64,000 nucleotides of DNA from Phototrophicaceae bacterium (GTDB taxonomy: Bacteria > Chloroflexota > Anaerolineae > Aggregatilineales > Phototrophicaceae), in the NCBI GenBank assembly GCA_965243795.1, contig OZ251576.1, positions 3,156,810 through 3,220,809 on the forward strand, given 5' to 3'. Under the pieces are notes generated by a model. That model saw nothing but the letters and a program-made list of their open reading frames with translations. It was not told the origin of the DNA and made no database searches. Position 1 is the stretch's first letter. Each line of letters begins with the position of its first letter. Positions 47,452 through 57,620 of this stretch are shown piece by piece. The position numbers and the translations under genes were made by a program.

Positions 47452-48000
47452 ATGAAAATTTACACCAAAAGCGGCGACCGCGGCGAGACCTCCCTCTTCA
47501 GTGGCGGCCGCGTGCCGAAACATCATCGGCGCGTGGAAACGTATGGCACGATTGACGAACTGAATTCGATCTTGGGGGTGGCCCGCGCGGCCAAACCCAG
47601 TCCGCAAACGGAACGCTGGCTGGAAGACGTGCAGCGGCAGCTGTTTCATCTGGGGGCCGACCTGGCGACGCCGGCGGAGGCCAAGTCCGACAGGGTGATA
47701 CGGGTCAAGCCGAGCCAAGTCAAATGGCTGGAAGAGACGATTGACCAGATGACGGCCGAACTGGCGCCGCTAAAACATTTCATTCTGCCGGGCGGGACCT
47801 TGGCCGCGGCGCATCTTCATGCCGCGCGGACGGTCTGTCGCCGGGCCGAACGTCTGATAACGGCCTTGCAGCAGGAGGCCGACATCAGCGAGGTCACTGT
47901 GGCTTATGTCAATCGGCTTTCGGATTGGCTGTTCACGCTGGCGCGCTTTGAAAACAAGCAGGCGGGCGAATCGGAAGCCAAGTGGAGTCTGCGCTCCTGA
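47452..48000 (+). CDS. PduO-type ATP:cob(I)alamin adenosyltransferase
   Basis: MKIYTKSGDRGETSLFSGGRVPK...YGTIDELNS...LAAAHLHAARTVCRRAER. Confidence 0.85.
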   Translation: MKIYTKSGDRGETSLFSGGRVPKHHRRVETYGTIDELNSILGVARAAKPSPQTERWLEDVQRQLFHLGADLATPAEAKSDRVIRVKPSQVKWLEETIDQMTAELAPLKHFILPGGTLAAAHLHAARTVCRRAERLITALQQEADISEVTVAYVNRLSDWLFTLARFENKQAGESEAKWSLRS

Positions 48001-48018
48001 TTCGGCGCTGATTGGGAT

Positions 48019-48100
48019 TGCCGGAGGTGGGAGTCGAACCCACACACCCGAAGGTACACGAGTTTGAGTCGTGCGCGTCTGCCAATTCCGCCACTCCGGC
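48019..48100 (-). tRNA. tRNA-Leu (anticodon CAA), class II with a long variable arm; CCA is not encoded
   Basis: The reverse complement is GCCGGAGTGGCGGAATTGGCAGACGCGCACGACTCAAACTCGTGTACCTTCGGGTGTGTGGGTTCGACTCCCACCTCCGGCA. Acceptor stem is GCCGGAG/CTCCGGC, anticodon loop is CTCAAAC, and the T-arm is GTGGG-TTCGACT-CCCAC. Confidence 0.9.
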
Positions 48101-48190
48101 CTGTGGGGAAAGAGTTTAGGGTTTTGGATAAGGATTGTCAATGGCCAACCAGGAATCCGCGCCTGTGATTTGTGCGAAATCGGAATTGAG

Positions 48191-48706
48191 ATGACGCGAA
48201 CCGCCAATTACTGCCCGATATGCGGCCGGCCGCTAATCTCGAAATTTCACACCGGCCGGAATCGCCCCTATTGCGCTGACTGCGAGACGCCGATTTACTT
48301 CGACCCCAAAGTGGCGGTCGCGGTGTTCATTGAGCAGAATCAACGGGTTTTGCTGATTCAGCGCGCCCTGTCGCCGGGCAAGGGGAAATGGGCTTTGCCG
48401 GCTGGCTTTGTCGATTATGACGAGGCGCCCGAGGATGCCGCTGTCCGCGAGGCCTTGGAAGAGACGCATCTGCACATCCGCATTGAGGGCTTGCTGGCGG
48501 TTTATCCCAAGCGAGATCGGGGGCTGGCGGACATTGTGATCGCCTATCGCGCTTCCATCATCAAGGGGCGCGCCTTGGCCGGCGATGATGCGGCGGCGGT
48601 CGGCTGGTTTGAGCGCGGCAATCTGCCTCCGCTGGTTTTTTACCCTTCCATTCGCCTGACGTCGCTGTGGCGCCAAGGCAAGCTGCCCTCTGCACAGCCA
48701 GATTAA
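48191..48706 (+). CDS. NUDIX hydrolase with an N-terminal zinc ribbon
   Basis: CPICGRPL...CADCETP is followed by the Nudix box GKWALPAGFVDYDEAPEDAAVREALEETHL. The start is ATG 48191. Confidence 0.8.
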   Translation: MTRTANYCPICGRPLISKFHTGRNRPYCADCETPIYFDPKVAVAVFIEQNQRVLLIQRALSPGKGKWALPAGFVDYDEAPEDAAVREALEETHLHIRIEGLLAVYPKRDRGLADIVIAYRASIIKGRALAGDDAAAVGWFERGNLPPLVFYPSIRLTSLWRQGKLPSAQPD

Positions 48707-49887
48707 GACGAACCGCCGGGCTGAAGGCCTATCAGCTTGAGGAGACGGCCGGCCAGAGCCAGCAGATAGGTATAGACGATAGCGGCGGTCACGCGGGTGG
48801 CATTGCGGCCGTCGTCCAAAGCGCGGTACAGGTCGCGGGCTTCACCGTAACACTGACGGGCGGCGTCAAAATCCCAGCGCGACTGATGCGCCGCGCCCAA
48901 AGCGTACAGATAACGGGCTTCATAGGCCGGATTCTTGACTTGCCGGGCGGCATCGGCGGCCTGGCGATAATAGGAAAGGGCGATGTCCGTCTTTTGGCTC
49001 ATCTCCTGCCACTGCCCCATCATCCCCAAGGTGTACATCTGATAGGGCGTATGCTGAACGTCCTGCGAAAGCGCCAGCATTTGGTCAAGAAATCCTCTGG
49101 CGGCGGCGAGATCATGGGCGGCGATCATGGTCATGGCGAGGGTGTGCAGACGCATGAATTCATGGAAAATCGCTTCCATGCCGCGCGCGGCTTCCAGCGC
49201 GGTCAGCTGCTGTTCCAGGCCTTTTTGGAAGCTCTGGGGATTTTGGGCAAGGACGACGCCCTGCTGGCCGATGACGATGCTCTCCAGCAGACGGCTTTTG
49301 GCGGCTTGGGCTTTTTGCAGGGCGACCAGCAGGCCATCACTGGCTTTGCCGTACTCGCGCTTGCGGATAAAAACATTGGAAAGCAGCAGAACCGCGCGGG
49401 CCTCCAGCTGAAGATCATTGAGTTCGCGGGCGATATCGATGACCTTCCAGGCGTGTTTGCTGGAGTCGGCGGGCTGTGAAGAAATTTCGCCCAATCCCAG
49501 CAGCGCTTGGCCATAGCGGCGCATATCGCTGGCTTCAAAGGCATAGCTGACGGCTTGGTTATAATCGTCAAAGGCCTCATGGGTCTGGAAATAGCCTTCG
49601 CGGGAGACTCGCGCCCGCGCCATCAGGGCATCGACCATCAAGCCAATGGCCTGATTTTGTTCGGCAAGCTCAATCGCCTGGCTGGCATAATCGCGGGCAA
49701 AAGCGAAATGTCCAAGCGAACACTGCGCCTGCGCCAAACCCAGCAAGGCAATGATTTCCACATTGCGCTGATTTTCGCGGCGGGCCATGGTCAATTCAAT
49801 GTGGCAGCGGTCGACCACTTGATTAAAGGCGCCGCTTTTCATCAGTTCGCTGATGTCATCGCGCAAAGCATTGGTTTTCGCTGGCAT
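48703..49887 (-). CDS. TPR-repeat protein
   Basis: 394 aa made of repeated helical units of about 34-40 aa (ALLGLAQAQCSLGHFAFARDYASQAIELA...). Confidence 0.65.
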   Translation of the reverse strand: MPAKTNALRDDISELMKSGAFNQVVDRCHIELTMARRENQRNVEIIALLGLAQAQCSLGHFAFARDYASQAIELAEQNQAIGLMVDALMARARVSREGYFQTHEAFDDYNQAVSYAFEASDMRRYGQALLGLGEISSQPADSSKHAWKVIDIARELNDLQLEARAVLLLSNVFIRKREYGKASDGLLVALQKAQAAKSRLLESIVIGQQGVVLAQNPQSFQKGLEQQLTALEAARGMEAIFHEFMRLHTLAMTMIAAHDLAAARGFLDQMLALSQDVQHTPYQMYTLGMMGQWQEMSQKTDIALSYYRQAADAARQVKNPAYEARYLYALGAAHQSRWDFDAARQCYGEARDLYRALDDGRNATRVTAAIVYTYLLALAGRLLKLIGLQPGGSS

Positions 49888-50126
49888 CGTTCCACCATCC
49901 CCAGTTCACCGGCCGAGTGCATTTATTATACGTCATTTTTTGCGAATGGGCGCATGGCTACTCGAAAAGGAGACGCCCCGCGGCGAGCGAGGCGTCGAGG
50001 CAATAAATCTGGTTTTGATAAATTTAACTTCGCGCGCCTTAATAATAAACGAAGTGGATTGGCTTGTCAAGCATTTTCGCCAAATTCGTCCAAAATTGCC
50101 GCTTTGCCAATAGCGAAAGGGGTCGT

Positions 50127-51362
50127 TCATCTTTCATCTGGCGTCTTGAGCGGTATCACCAAGTCCTTGCGAAAGGGCGTCAGCGAGACCAGTTCGCCAT
50201 TGACGTCAATGATGAAGGTATCTTCAACGCGGACACCAAAGCCGCGTTCGGGATAATACAGACCAGGTTCAATAGTCACGACATTGCCGATTTGCAGACG
50301 GTCATCGCGTTGCAGGTGGCTGATGGAGGGACGTTCGTGGATGTCGATGCCAAGGCCATGACCCAGGCTGTGAAAATAGCCCTGCATAGTGCGCGGATCG
50401 GTGCGGGCGGTGGGATGGCCAGCGGCTTCAAAGTAATCCAAAACGGCTTCCTGCATGAGATGGGCCGGCTTGTCGACGCCAAAGGTCTCGATAGAGATGT
50501 CAAAAGCGGTCATCACCTCATCATAGGCTTTCTGCACGGCTGCGGGCGCATAGCCAATACACCAAGTGCGGGTTATGTCATGGTGACAGCCGCCGCCCAT
50601 TTCGCGCGGGAAAAGATCGAAGACAATCGCTTGGCCGATTCGCAGCGGCATGTCGTCCTCGCCGCGGCTGTGAGGGAAACCGCCGTCGCGCCCCTGGGCA
50701 AAAATCATGCCGTTGTCTTCCAGGCCGCGGGCCATCAATTCGCGGCGCACCAGGCTTTTGACATCGCCAATGGTGACCTGTCGGCCATCGTCATCCAGCA
50801 GATCGTCGCCAGCGGCCTGCAGGCCGGCGATATAATCCCAAGCCTTCTCCATAACTTCGTTGGCGCGCTGGGCGACCGCGCGGATGCGGCGGATTTCATG
50901 CTCGTCTTTGGTCAGCCTGGCCTCATCAAAGAGGGTCGGTTCAGCGACAAATTCATATTGGCTTAATTCGGCAGTCAGCAGGCGGTAAAGGGCGATGGTC
51001 TTGTTGATCTGCCAGGCGCCGTACAGGCCGATTCGGCCGGCGGCCAAGCCCAATTCGACCAGGATTTTCGACCAGAAATGGACAGTGGCTTTGAGGGCGT
51101 CACCTTCAGCCGCTTTGAGGACGTCATCATAGCCGAGTTCGGCGGCGGTCTGCACGGCCAGGCCGCTTTTCTGGGCTTCTTCAAGCTCCATGCGATTGCA
51201 GACCAGCAGCGCCGGCCGGCCGCGCAGCTTAAAAATTGTCCCGTGTGTGATGTGGGCGCCGTTGGTCAGGTAATGGCGGGGGGTATTAAACTCCTCGCCG
51301 CCGGTGACAATCAGGGCGTCCAGGCGGCGGTCTTGCATAAGGCGGTCGATATCAGCTTTCAT
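50127..51362 (-). CDS. M24-family metallopeptidase (Xaa-Pro aminopeptidase-like)
   Basis: N-terminal creatinase-like domain, plus a pita-bread fold with HSLGHGLGIDIHE and TIEPGLY. Confidence 0.8.
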   Translation of the reverse strand: MKADIDRLMQDRRLDALIVTGGEEFNTPRHYLTNGAHITHGTIFKLRGRPALLVCNRMELEEAQKSGLAVQTAAELGYDDVLKAAEGDALKATVHFWSKILVELGLAAGRIGLYGAWQINKTIALYRLLTAELSQYEFVAEPTLFDEARLTKDEHEIRRIRAVAQRANEVMEKAWDYIAGLQAAGDDLLDDDGRQVTIGDVKSLVRRELMARGLEDNGMIFAQGRDGGFPHSRGEDDMPLRIGQAIVFDLFPREMGGGCHHDITRTWCIGYAPAAVQKAYDEVMTAFDISIETFGVDKPAHLMQEAVLDYFEAAGHPTARTDPRTMQGYFHSLGHGLGIDIHERPSISHLQRDDRLQIGNVVTIEPGLYYPERGFGVRVEDTFIIDVNGELVSLTPFRKDLVIPLKTPDER

Positions 51363-51366
51363 CAGA

Positions 51367-52725
51367 TTATTCCTTTAACTTGGACAGCGCGGCTAGGAAA
51401 TCGGATTCCTGTTCGGGCAGGATAGTACGAGGATCAAATAGAACGCGCCCAGCGGAAACCCGCGCGATCACAGGTGGGGACGCTTGACGCAGCTGGGCCA
51501 GGAAGTCATGCGGGGCGGATGTTTCGATGGCCAGCAGTGAAGTCGGCAGAGACGCGCCGGGCAGACTGCCGCCGCCGACGGTCGATTCGCCTGACATAAC
51601 GATGCCACCGGTTTGTTCGGCCCAATGACGGGCTTTGGCGGTGATTTCAGTCAGCGGGCGCGCGATCATCTGCCAGACGGGGATGTGGGTCAGGGCCTCG
51701 CCGCGCCGATAGTGCTGGAGCGTGGCGGCCAGGGCGGCATAAGTCAGCTTATCGACGCGCAAAGCCCGCGTGAGGGGATGATTTTTCAGCTTGGCGAGGA
51801 GCGCGCGTTTGCCGATGATGATGCCGGCCTGCGGGCCGCCGAGCAGTTTGTCGCCGCTGAAGCAGATCAAATCCGCGCCGGCCTGGACGCTGGCCTGAAT
51901 AGTTGGCTCGGCATCCAGGCCAAAGCGCGCGGTATCCAGCAGGGCGCCGCTGCCCAGATCATCCACGGCCAGCAGGCCATGCTGATGCGCGGTCTCGACG
52001 AGGTGACGCAAAGGCGGCTGTTCGACAAAACCGATTTGCTTGAAATTGGAAGCGTGGACGCGCAGGAAGAGGGCCGTTTGCGGGGTGACGGCGGCGGCAA
52101 AATCGGCAATGCGGGTTCGGTTGGTGGCGCCGACTTCGACCAGCTGGACGCCGCTCTGCCGCATGATGGCCGGTATGCGAAAACCACCGCCGATCTCGAC
52201 CAGCTGCCCGCGTGAGATAACGACTTCGCGCCCGGCGGCCAGGGTTCGCAAGATCAGAATGAGGGCGGCGGCGTTGTTGTTGAGGACGATGGCATCTTCG
52301 GCGCCGGTCAGATCGCGCAGGAGTTGGCTGGCATGGCGCAGACGGCTGCCGCGTTGGCCATTGTCGAGGTCAAATTCCAGCGCACTGTAAGCGGCGGCGG
52401 TCAGACAGGCCTGCTGGGCGGCTTTGGACAGCGGCGCGCGCCCCAGATTGGTATGAAGAATAACGCCGGTGGCATTTATGACCGGGCGCGGCGCGGGCTG
52501 AAACTGGCGGCGGAGACAGGCCGCAATTCGCTCTGGCAGGGCCTTTTCGTCGAGTTCAGGCGGGCGCGATTGCAGGATGCGGCGGCGCGATTCTTCGAGG
52601 CTGGCGCGAATGGCATCGACGACCAGGCCGCGGCCGTAAGTTTGCAGCAGGTCTTGCATCGCGTCCTGGACGAGCAGACTATCGACCGATGGCAGGCGGC
52701 GCAGACGGGCCTGTTTATCGCTCAT
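51367..52725 (-). CDS. selA: L-seryl-tRNA(Sec) selenium transferase
   Basis: LRRLPSVDSLL..., VINATGVILHTNLGRAPLS and FSGDKLLGGPQAG (PLP Lys context). I trimmed the start to ATG 52723-52725. Confidence 0.85.
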   Translation of the reverse strand: MSDKQARLRRLPSVDSLLVQDAMQDLLQTYGRGLVVDAIRASLEESRRRILQSRPPELDEKALPERIAACLRRQFQPAPRPVINATGVILHTNLGRAPLSKAAQQACLTAAAYSALEFDLDNGQRGSRLRHASQLLRDLTGAEDAIVLNNNAAALILILRTLAAGREVVISRGQLVEIGGGFRIPAIMRQSGVQLVEVGATNRTRIADFAAAVTPQTALFLRVHASNFKQIGFVEQPPLRHLVETAHQHGLLAVDDLGSGALLDTARFGLDAEPTIQASVQAGADLICFSGDKLLGGPQAGIIIGKRALLAKLKNHPLTRALRVDKLTYAALAATLQHYRRGEALTHIPVWQMIARPLTEITAKARHWAEQTGGIVMSGESTVGGGSLPGASLPTSLLAIETSAPHDFLAQLRQASPPVIARVSAGRVLFDPRTILPEQESDFLAALSKLKE

Positions 52726-53137
52726 GGGACATTTCTCGACTGCGAAGGAAAATTTCGATGACGATGAACATGAGCAGCAGGATAAGCACAAAAGACAGGG
52801 AAAGCGCGCGCGGAATCAGCAGCCAGGCGCAGGCCACAGCCATAATGCCAACCCACACGCTGCGGCGGACGATGACGCCGGCAAGGGGCGCGGCGGCGAA
52901 GGCCGGCATAAAGCGGATGCTAAAATAGCGGACGATGGGGATGGCTGTTCCCGTTACGGCCATTTGCAATAGGATAAAAAAGAGCCAAATTTCGCCGCCG
53001 ATGCGCGGGCGCGTGGTGGTGATCAGCTGCATCAGGCCGCCCCAGCCGATTATCATCATCACGACAGCGGCCAGCAGCATGCCGCTATGGCCGGATGAAG
53101 ATCTGACTGGGGAAGAGGCTTGCGTGGCCGGCGGCAT
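52715..53137 (-). CDS. Small polytopic membrane protein, unknown function
   Basis: 140-aa ORF with 4 hydrophobic helices. Its stop overlaps the selA start by 11 nt. Confidence 0.5.
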   Translation of the reverse strand: MPPATQASSPVRSSSGHSGMLLAAVVMMIIGWGGLMQLITTTRPRIGGEIWLFFILLQMAVTGTAIPIVRYFSIRFMPAFAAAPLAGVIVRRSVWVGIMAVACAWLLIPRALSLSFVLILLLMFIVIEIFLRSREMSHER

Positions 53138-53213
53138 AGCAGCACCTGCGTTTCGCTGAATTGGGCCTGGATGATTTTATCTTATCGCAAAGAGGCGCGC
53201 ATTTCAAGAGATT

Positions 53214-54698
53214 TTGCCACGGATGGCACCAAGGGAAGCGATGAGGTTCCAGCCCTGCATTTACCGCGCCGCGTATCCTGTTATAATGGGCGCGGCGGCC
53301 TTGAATGATGCAAGACAAAGAAAGGTGTCTCTCATTTTGAAAAAATTCGTCAACAGATGGCGTCAGGCTTCGCGGCGAGGAGCGGCGCGTCTGCTGCGGC
53401 TGGAATGGCTGTGGATCGCTGTGATGATTTTCGCCTATTGGCACATCAGCCCGCCCATCCGCGACCGTTATGTCTTTTTGCTGGGATTTGCGGCGCCAAT
53501 ATACGGCTTGCGCTGGCTGGCTGGCCGGCGACTGTTGAGTGGCACGCCGCTTGACCTGTTTCTGCTGCTCTTTATACCCATCAGCATCTATAATTTCTAT
53601 GCCGCGCCGCTGCCGCGAGAAGATTATCTGGTGGTGGCCTGCCGTTATTTTCTGGGCATTTTCATTATTTTCTACTTCGTCGAGCATGCGCGGCGACATC
53701 GGCATATCCGATACTTGACGCTGGCGACGGTTGGTCTGGGGATTTTGATAAGCCTAGTGACTTTGGTGGCTTCGCAGTGGGATTTGCAGGATAAATCGGA
53801 GTTGATTCGCTTCGCGACCGACAGCTTGCCCAGGCTGGATTCCAAACGGATACTGCCCGATATGCTGCTAAGTTTCAATCCGAACGAAATCGCTGGAGCC
53901 GTCAGCTATTTCTGCCCTTTTACGCTGGCGGTTTGCATCGGCTCTTTTCGGACGGCGGACACCAGCGAGAGCGGCCGCCGACTGCGCTGGATCAGTCTGT
54001 TTGGCTTTGCGCTAAGTCTAACGGCGCTGCTGCTGGGTCAAAGCCGCTTTGCCTTGGCCGGCGCCTGTATCGCTTTGCTGATGGTAATTGTTCTGCTACT
54101 GCCTGGCTGGCGGATCAAGCGCATGGTCATGGCGATTTGGGGTTTGTTTGTCTTGTTCGGGATATTCCTTGTGTTCGATACCGCGCCTGTGGAATCATCG
54201 CAGTCGACGGCGACCGTCTTGAGTCAGCGCAATCAGCATTCGCTTTCCATTCGATTTGAGATTTGGGATCGTGCGCTGCGGATGATTCGGGACTATCCGA
54301 TGACCGGCAGCGGCATTTCAACTTACCGCGGCCTGGTTCGGCATGAGCGATACGCCGTTCGTCATTACGCCATCAACAATCGGATACTGCCCCATGCCCA
54401 CAACGCCTTTTTGCAGATGGGGGCTGATTTGGGGGTGATGGGCCTGCTTTTGTTTGTCGTTTGGTATGGCATCGCGGCTGGGATGGCGATTCAGAATTGG
54501 CGAAGGTCGAGCGGACATCTCAAGGTATTGACTGTGGCGGCGGCGGCCGGCATCCTGGCGCATCTGATTTATGGCATCGGCGACGCCATTCCGTTTTGGG
54601 ACCGCTTCGCTTTTGTCCATTGGTGGTTCATCGGGCTGATAGCGGCGCTGCATGTCCTGAAACAGCCCGATGACAAGGGCAAACCCCGCGCGAATTAG
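53214..54698 (+). CDS. O-antigen ligase (Wzy_C) family membrane protein
   Basis: Polytopic membrane protein with [22 protein letters not shown], typical of the O-antigen ligase family. The start is uncertain; TTG 53337, preceded by AAAGGTG, is an alternative. Confidence 0.7.
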   Translation: MPRMAPREAMRFQPCIYRAAYPVIMGAAALNDARQRKVSLILKKFVNRWRQASRRGAARLLRLEWLWIAVMIFAYWHISPPIRDRYVFLLGFAAPIYGLRWLAGRRLLSGTPLDLFLLLFIPISIYNFYAAPLPREDYLVVACRYFLGIFIIFYFVEHARRHRHIRYLTLATVGLGILISLVTLVASQWDLQDKSELIRFATDSLPRLDSKRILPDMLLSFNPNEIAGAVSYFCPFTLAVCIGSFRTADTSESGRRLRWISLFGFALSLTALLLGQSRFALAGACIALLMVIVLLLPGWRIKRMVMAIWGLFVLFGIFLVFDTAPVESSQSTATVLSQRNQHSLSIRFEIWDRALRMIRDYPMTGSGISTYRGLVRHERYAVRHYAINNRILPHAHNAFLQMGADLGVMGLLLFVVWYGIAAGMAIQNWRRSSGHLKVLTVAAAAGILAHLIYGIGDAIPFWDRFAFVHWWFIGLIAALHVLKQPDDKGKPRAN

Positions 54699-55219
54699 CG
54701 CGTTTCGATGACAATCCTATTGATTTTATCGGCGGCGACGGCGGGATTGGGCCGCTGTGGATCCACGCGCTGCAAGCTGTTCAGGACTTTCAGGCTTTCA
54801 TCATCGGCGACGCGGCCAAAAACGGCGTGGCGGCCGTCAAGATGCGGCGTCGGTATAAAAGTGATGAAAAACTGCGAGCCGTTGGTATTCGGGCCGGCGT
54901 TGGCCATGCTCAAGGTGCCGGGGGCATCGTGACGAATACGCAAAGCCGAAGCCTCATCATCCCAGCGATAGCCTGGGCCGCCGCGGCCGCTGCCGGTCGG
55001 GTCGCCGCCCTGCGCCATAAATCCTTCCAGCACGCGATGGAAAATCACATCGTCATAAAAGCCGTCATTGGCAAGAAAGACGAAGTTGTTGACTGTTATC
55101 GGCGCGCGGTCGGCATACAAGTCGATCTCGATCATGCCTTTGCTGGTATCCATCTTGGCGCGGTAAGTTTTTTGCGGATCGATCATCATCGCCGGCGGCC
55201 GGCGGTATTGTTTCGCCAT
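54695..55219 (-). CDS. Cyclophilin-type peptidyl-prolyl cis-trans isomerase
   Basis: [36 protein letters not shown] and HAVFGRV. Confidence 0.9.
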   Translation of the reverse strand: MAKQYRRPPAMMIDPQKTYRAKMDTSKGMIEIDLYADRAPITVNNFVFLANDGFYDDVIFHRVLEGFMAQGGDPTGSGRGGPGYRWDDEASALRIRHDAPGTLSMANAGPNTNGSQFFITFIPTPHLDGRHAVFGRVADDESLKVLNSLQRVDPQRPNPAVAADKINRIVIETR

Positions 55220-55284
55220 GCAAGACTCCTTCTCATTTTGATTGAGACGTCAGCTTATCAAAAAATATCCGGCTTTAATAGCGC

Positions 55285-56052
55285 CTAAAACGCCAGCGTC
55301 AGACTGATCGGACAATGGTCGCTGCCAAGGACATCGGCGTGAATCTCGGCAGTTTCCACCTTGTCAAGCAGGTCGGGCGAGATGAAGAAATAATCAATGC
55401 GCCAGCCGATATTTCGCTGACGCGCGCCGCTTCGCATCGACCACCACGAATACGCGCCTTCCTTGTTCGGATTGAGATGGCGATAAATGTCGATATAGCC
55501 CTGCTCGACCACCTTGTCGATCCAGTCGCGCTCTTCACGGAGGAAGCCAGTCGTTTTGCGATTTTGCTTGGGCCGCGCCAAATCGATTTCATTGTGCGCC
55601 GTGTTGATGTCGCCGGCAAAAACAACCGATTGGCCAGCGGCGCGCAAGGCATTGGCATAATCGAGAAAAGCCTCTTTATATTCCATCTTGAACGGCACGC
55701 GGCGGTGGTCGCGGCCGCCATTGGGCAGATAAGTCGTCATCAAGGTAAAATCATCATATTCGGCAATAATCGTGCGCCCTTCGCTGTCAAACTTCTCAAT
55801 CCCCAAGCCAAGCCTGACATCCTTCGGCTCGACCTTGCTGTAGAGTCCAACCCCGCTGTAGCCCTTTTTCTCGGCGCTGACCCAATACGCATGATAGCCT
55901 TCGGGCTGACGCAGGCCCTCATCCAGCTGTTCTGGGCGGGCTTTGGTCTCTTGCACGGTCAGCACATCCGGCCGCGCGGCCTGAAACCAATCCAGAAAAC
56001 CTTTTTTCTGGGCGGCGCGGATGCCATTGACGTTCCATGAAAACAGTTTCAT
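55285..56052 (-). CDS. xthA: Exodeoxyribonuclease III
   Basis: MKLFSWNVNGIRAA...LTVQETK...GDINTAHNEIDL...SDHCPISL. GGAGA lies upstream of ATG 56050-56052. Confidence 0.9.
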   Translation of the reverse strand: MKLFSWNVNGIRAAQKKGFLDWFQAARPDVLTVQETKARPEQLDEGLRQPEGYHAYWVSAEKKGYSGVGLYSKVEPKDVRLGLGIEKFDSEGRTIIAEYDDFTLMTTYLPNGGRDHRRVPFKMEYKEAFLDYANALRAAGQSVVFAGDINTAHNEIDLARPKQNRKTTGFLREERDWIDKVVEQGYIDIYRHLNPNKEGAYSWWSMRSGARQRNIGWRIDYFFISPDLLDKVETAEIHADVLGSDHCPISLTLAF

Positions 56053-56140
56053 TCGATTCTCCCCAATCGTCAATCTGCCTTATTGTAACCGAGCAGATGC
56101 CTGCGGACAAAGATCATCGGCGGCAAATCCCAAAAATGAC

Positions 56141-56168
56141 TTGACAAAGCCGCGGTTTCAGATATACT
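56141..56168 (+). promoter_or_regulatory. Sigma70-type promoter upstream of ATG 56208
   Basis: TTGACA (56141-56146), a 16-nt spacer, then TATACT (56163-56168). AAGGAG (56193-56198) lies 9 nt before ATG 56208. Confidence 0.5.
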
Positions 56169-56207
56169 TGTTTTATCGATTAATATCCTAGTAAGGAGCG
56201 TATTAAA

Positions 56208-57558
56208 ATGAATACAAAATATCAGAGAAATACCCCCCCCCCCCGCATTTTCTGTTAAGAACGTTCTCCTCTGCTTCTTATTGATCGCCTTCCTCGCCGT
56301 TCCCGTCCAAAGCCAGACAACGCCAACAGCAACGCCAGCGCCAAGCGCAACACCGCGGCCAAGTCAGCTGCTGACTAATCCTTCAGCCTCGCCGTGGATA
56401 AGCGACTGCGGCCTGCCAGTGCGCTGGACAGAATTCACGGCTTCCGCCACCGTAAGAACCTTTGAGATGACCTCGGACTGTGTTTTCACGTCCCTACGGT
56501 CGACTCGGGAAGCCCTGCCCATGGTGACCTTTGAATACGGCGCCGGCACCTTTACCATCAACGGCAACGGCTACAGCATCATCGGGCCGTCCAACCGCAC
56601 CCTCTTTCTCGTCGGCGGCGCGCACCCCACGATGAGCAATCACCCAGTCGAAAATCCAACTGTCATCCTCAATCTGAACAATGTCACCATCCGCCAAACG
56701 GGAGGCGAATCCAGCCGCGCTCCTGTGATCGTGCGCGGCGCGCGCCTCAACGCCGATAACGTCACCTTCAGAGACAACCGGGGACCGACTGTCGTAAGCG
56801 TATGGGACAAGGGAAAAGCCTATTTTACCAATGTGCAGTTCCTGAACAACAGAAAGACACATGGGGAACTCTATCAAGGATGCGCTATCGCCGCGGTTGA
56901 CGACGCGGCCACGCAAAGCACTTTAAGCAGTACCTTGGTGTCCATAAACGGCGGCGTCTTCAGACGAAATTCGGGCTGCTTTATAGTCATCGGCGGTTAT
57001 CAGTTCACCCTTGAACTGGCCGGCAATATCACCTTCGAGGACAATACCGAGACAACCATCAGGGAAGCCGTGGAGGCGCGGTACAGAGCCGGAATCTTTA
57101 ACCTCTTGGGGCTTGCAGGAGTCCTCAACAACACCGCCACCATCACCAGGACTTTTAATCTGGAGCCCTGGCGTCCCAAGAAGAAGGAAGAGCCTACACC
57201 CGCGCCAACGTCAACGCCGCGACCGCAAATCGCCGCCACCCACGTCGCCCTGCAAGCCGCGACCGGCGCGACCTTCAGCACAGCTTTTGGCCTCGACAGC
57301 GGCGTTCATTTCCGCCAGCTTGACGGCGCCGGCATCGGCGTTCAGTCGATCATTGACGCTGGATTTTTAGAGGCCTTTGACGTCTATGGCTATGTTGAGC
57401 AGGGCGTCGAGGTCTGTTTCCCGCAGATTGGCCGCGTCGTCTTCTTGGATGCCAAGACAAGCCCGCGGGCGATAGTGCCGCTGCAGGCCAGCATCGTCAA
57501 CGGACAGACCTGCGTCTCGATCAACAGTCCAGGTTCGCTGGTGCTGCTGCCCCAATAA
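56208..57558 (+). CDS. Secreted parallel beta-helix repeat protein. As given, the frame is broken at the C12 tract; the ORF track only shows 56281..57558 from an internal TTG.
   Basis: ATG 56208 reads MNTKYQRNTPPPRIFC* as given. With 11 C it reads MNTKYQRNTPPPAFSVKNVLLCFLLIAFLAVPVQSQTTP..., a complete signal peptide. The body has beta-helix-like repeats (LNLNNVTIRQTGG, RLNADNVTFRDNRG, YFTNVQFLNNRK), a Pro/Thr linker and a C-terminal domain. Confidence 0.65.
56233..56244 (+). repeat. C12 homopolymer inside the 5' coding region of the beta-helix gene
   Basis: I counted twelve consecutive C directly in the sequence. Confidence 0.95.
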
Positions 57559-57570
57559 CCAATTTCACCA

Positions 57571-57609
57571 CAGAGGACGCCGCCGATGATCATGACTCGG
57601 TGTCCTCTG
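57571..57609. terminator. Hairpin between convergent genes (possible bidirectional terminator)
   Basis: CAGAGGACGCCG (57571-57582) pairs with CGGTGTCCTCTG (57598-57609) in a 12-bp stem with one G-U pair and a 15-nt loop. There is no clear U-run. Confidence 0.4.
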
Positions 57610-57620
57610 CGCCGCGCGGC

